Positions 63,800 through 64,000 of a stretch of 64,000 bases of DNA are shown here, piece after piece (the first letter of the stretch is position 1; every line of letters starts with the position of its first letter). The stretch is from Basidiobolus meristosporus CBS 931.73 (Eukaryota; Fungi; Basidiobolomycota), in the NCBI GenBank assembly GCA_002104905.1, contig MCFE01000050.1, positions 132,095 through 196,094 on the forward strand, in the 5' to 3' direction. The notes under the pieces are model-generated. The model worked only from the letters and a program-made list of their open reading frames with translations. It was not told the DNA's origin and made no database searches. The translations under genes were made by a program, and so were the position numbers.

Positions 63800-64000
63800 T
63801 TAGGGTTAGGGTTAGGGTTAGGGTTAGGGTTAGGGTTAGGGTTAGGGTTAGGGTTAGGGTTAGGGTTAGGGTTAGGGTTAGGGTTAGGGTTAGGGTTAGG
63901 GTTAGGGTTAGGGTTAGGGTTAGGGTTAGGGTTAGGGTTAGGGTTAGGGTTAGGGTTAGGGTTAGGGTTAGGGTTAGGGTTAGGGTTAGGGTTAGGGTTA
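63800..64000 (+). repeat. Terminal telomere (TTAGGG)n, ~33 units, G-strand running toward the end
   Basis: Perfect repeats to the end of the window. Confidence 0.99.

Noticed and set aside
63714-64000. RT ORFs stay open into the telomere repeats (Leu-Thr or Pro-Asn frames)
   Set aside because: Two of three frames of (CCCTAA)n are open, so this happening twice is expected by chance. There is no ATG to use it.

Overview
This is the right-hand end of a fungal chromosome. The intron style (GTAAGT/CTAAC/YAG), TTAGGG telomere and gene set suggest an early-diverging, Basidiobolus/Zoopagomycota-like lineage; this is inference, not a database result. Left 5.5 kb: a nest of decayed Ty1/copia LTR retrotransposons. 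About 6-54 kb: a gene-dense block of spliced genes: HAUS5-like, PHD+JmjC demethylase, two TLDc/OXR1 genes, FUR1, DUF202, HSP90, a PQQ-repeat protein, a head-to-head GH18+CBM5/12 chitinase pair, YIP1 family, a catalytically dead pogo/CENP-B-like gene, an RRM+PABC protein, FNIP/LST4, DUF3712, PSY2/PP4R3, ILV6 and a sterol glucosyltransferase-like gene. At 57.0-58.3 kb a copia element is cut off mid-RT. The highlight follows at 58.3-64.0 kb: a head-to-tail array of two related but distinct APE-endonuclease/RT non-LTR retrotransposons, all with 5' ends facing the telomere. Each is 5'-truncated and capped with TTAGGG repeats, and each is joined to the previous telomere tract through an oligo(C), not poly(A), 3' tail. 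The two families share a covarying three-hairpin 3' structure, and one intact 2.3-kb RT ORF appears to contain no CpG at all. This reads as a telomere-specific retroelement system that alternates with telomerase in building the chromosome end. Spliced-gene coordinates are outer limits with exon structure judged by eye.
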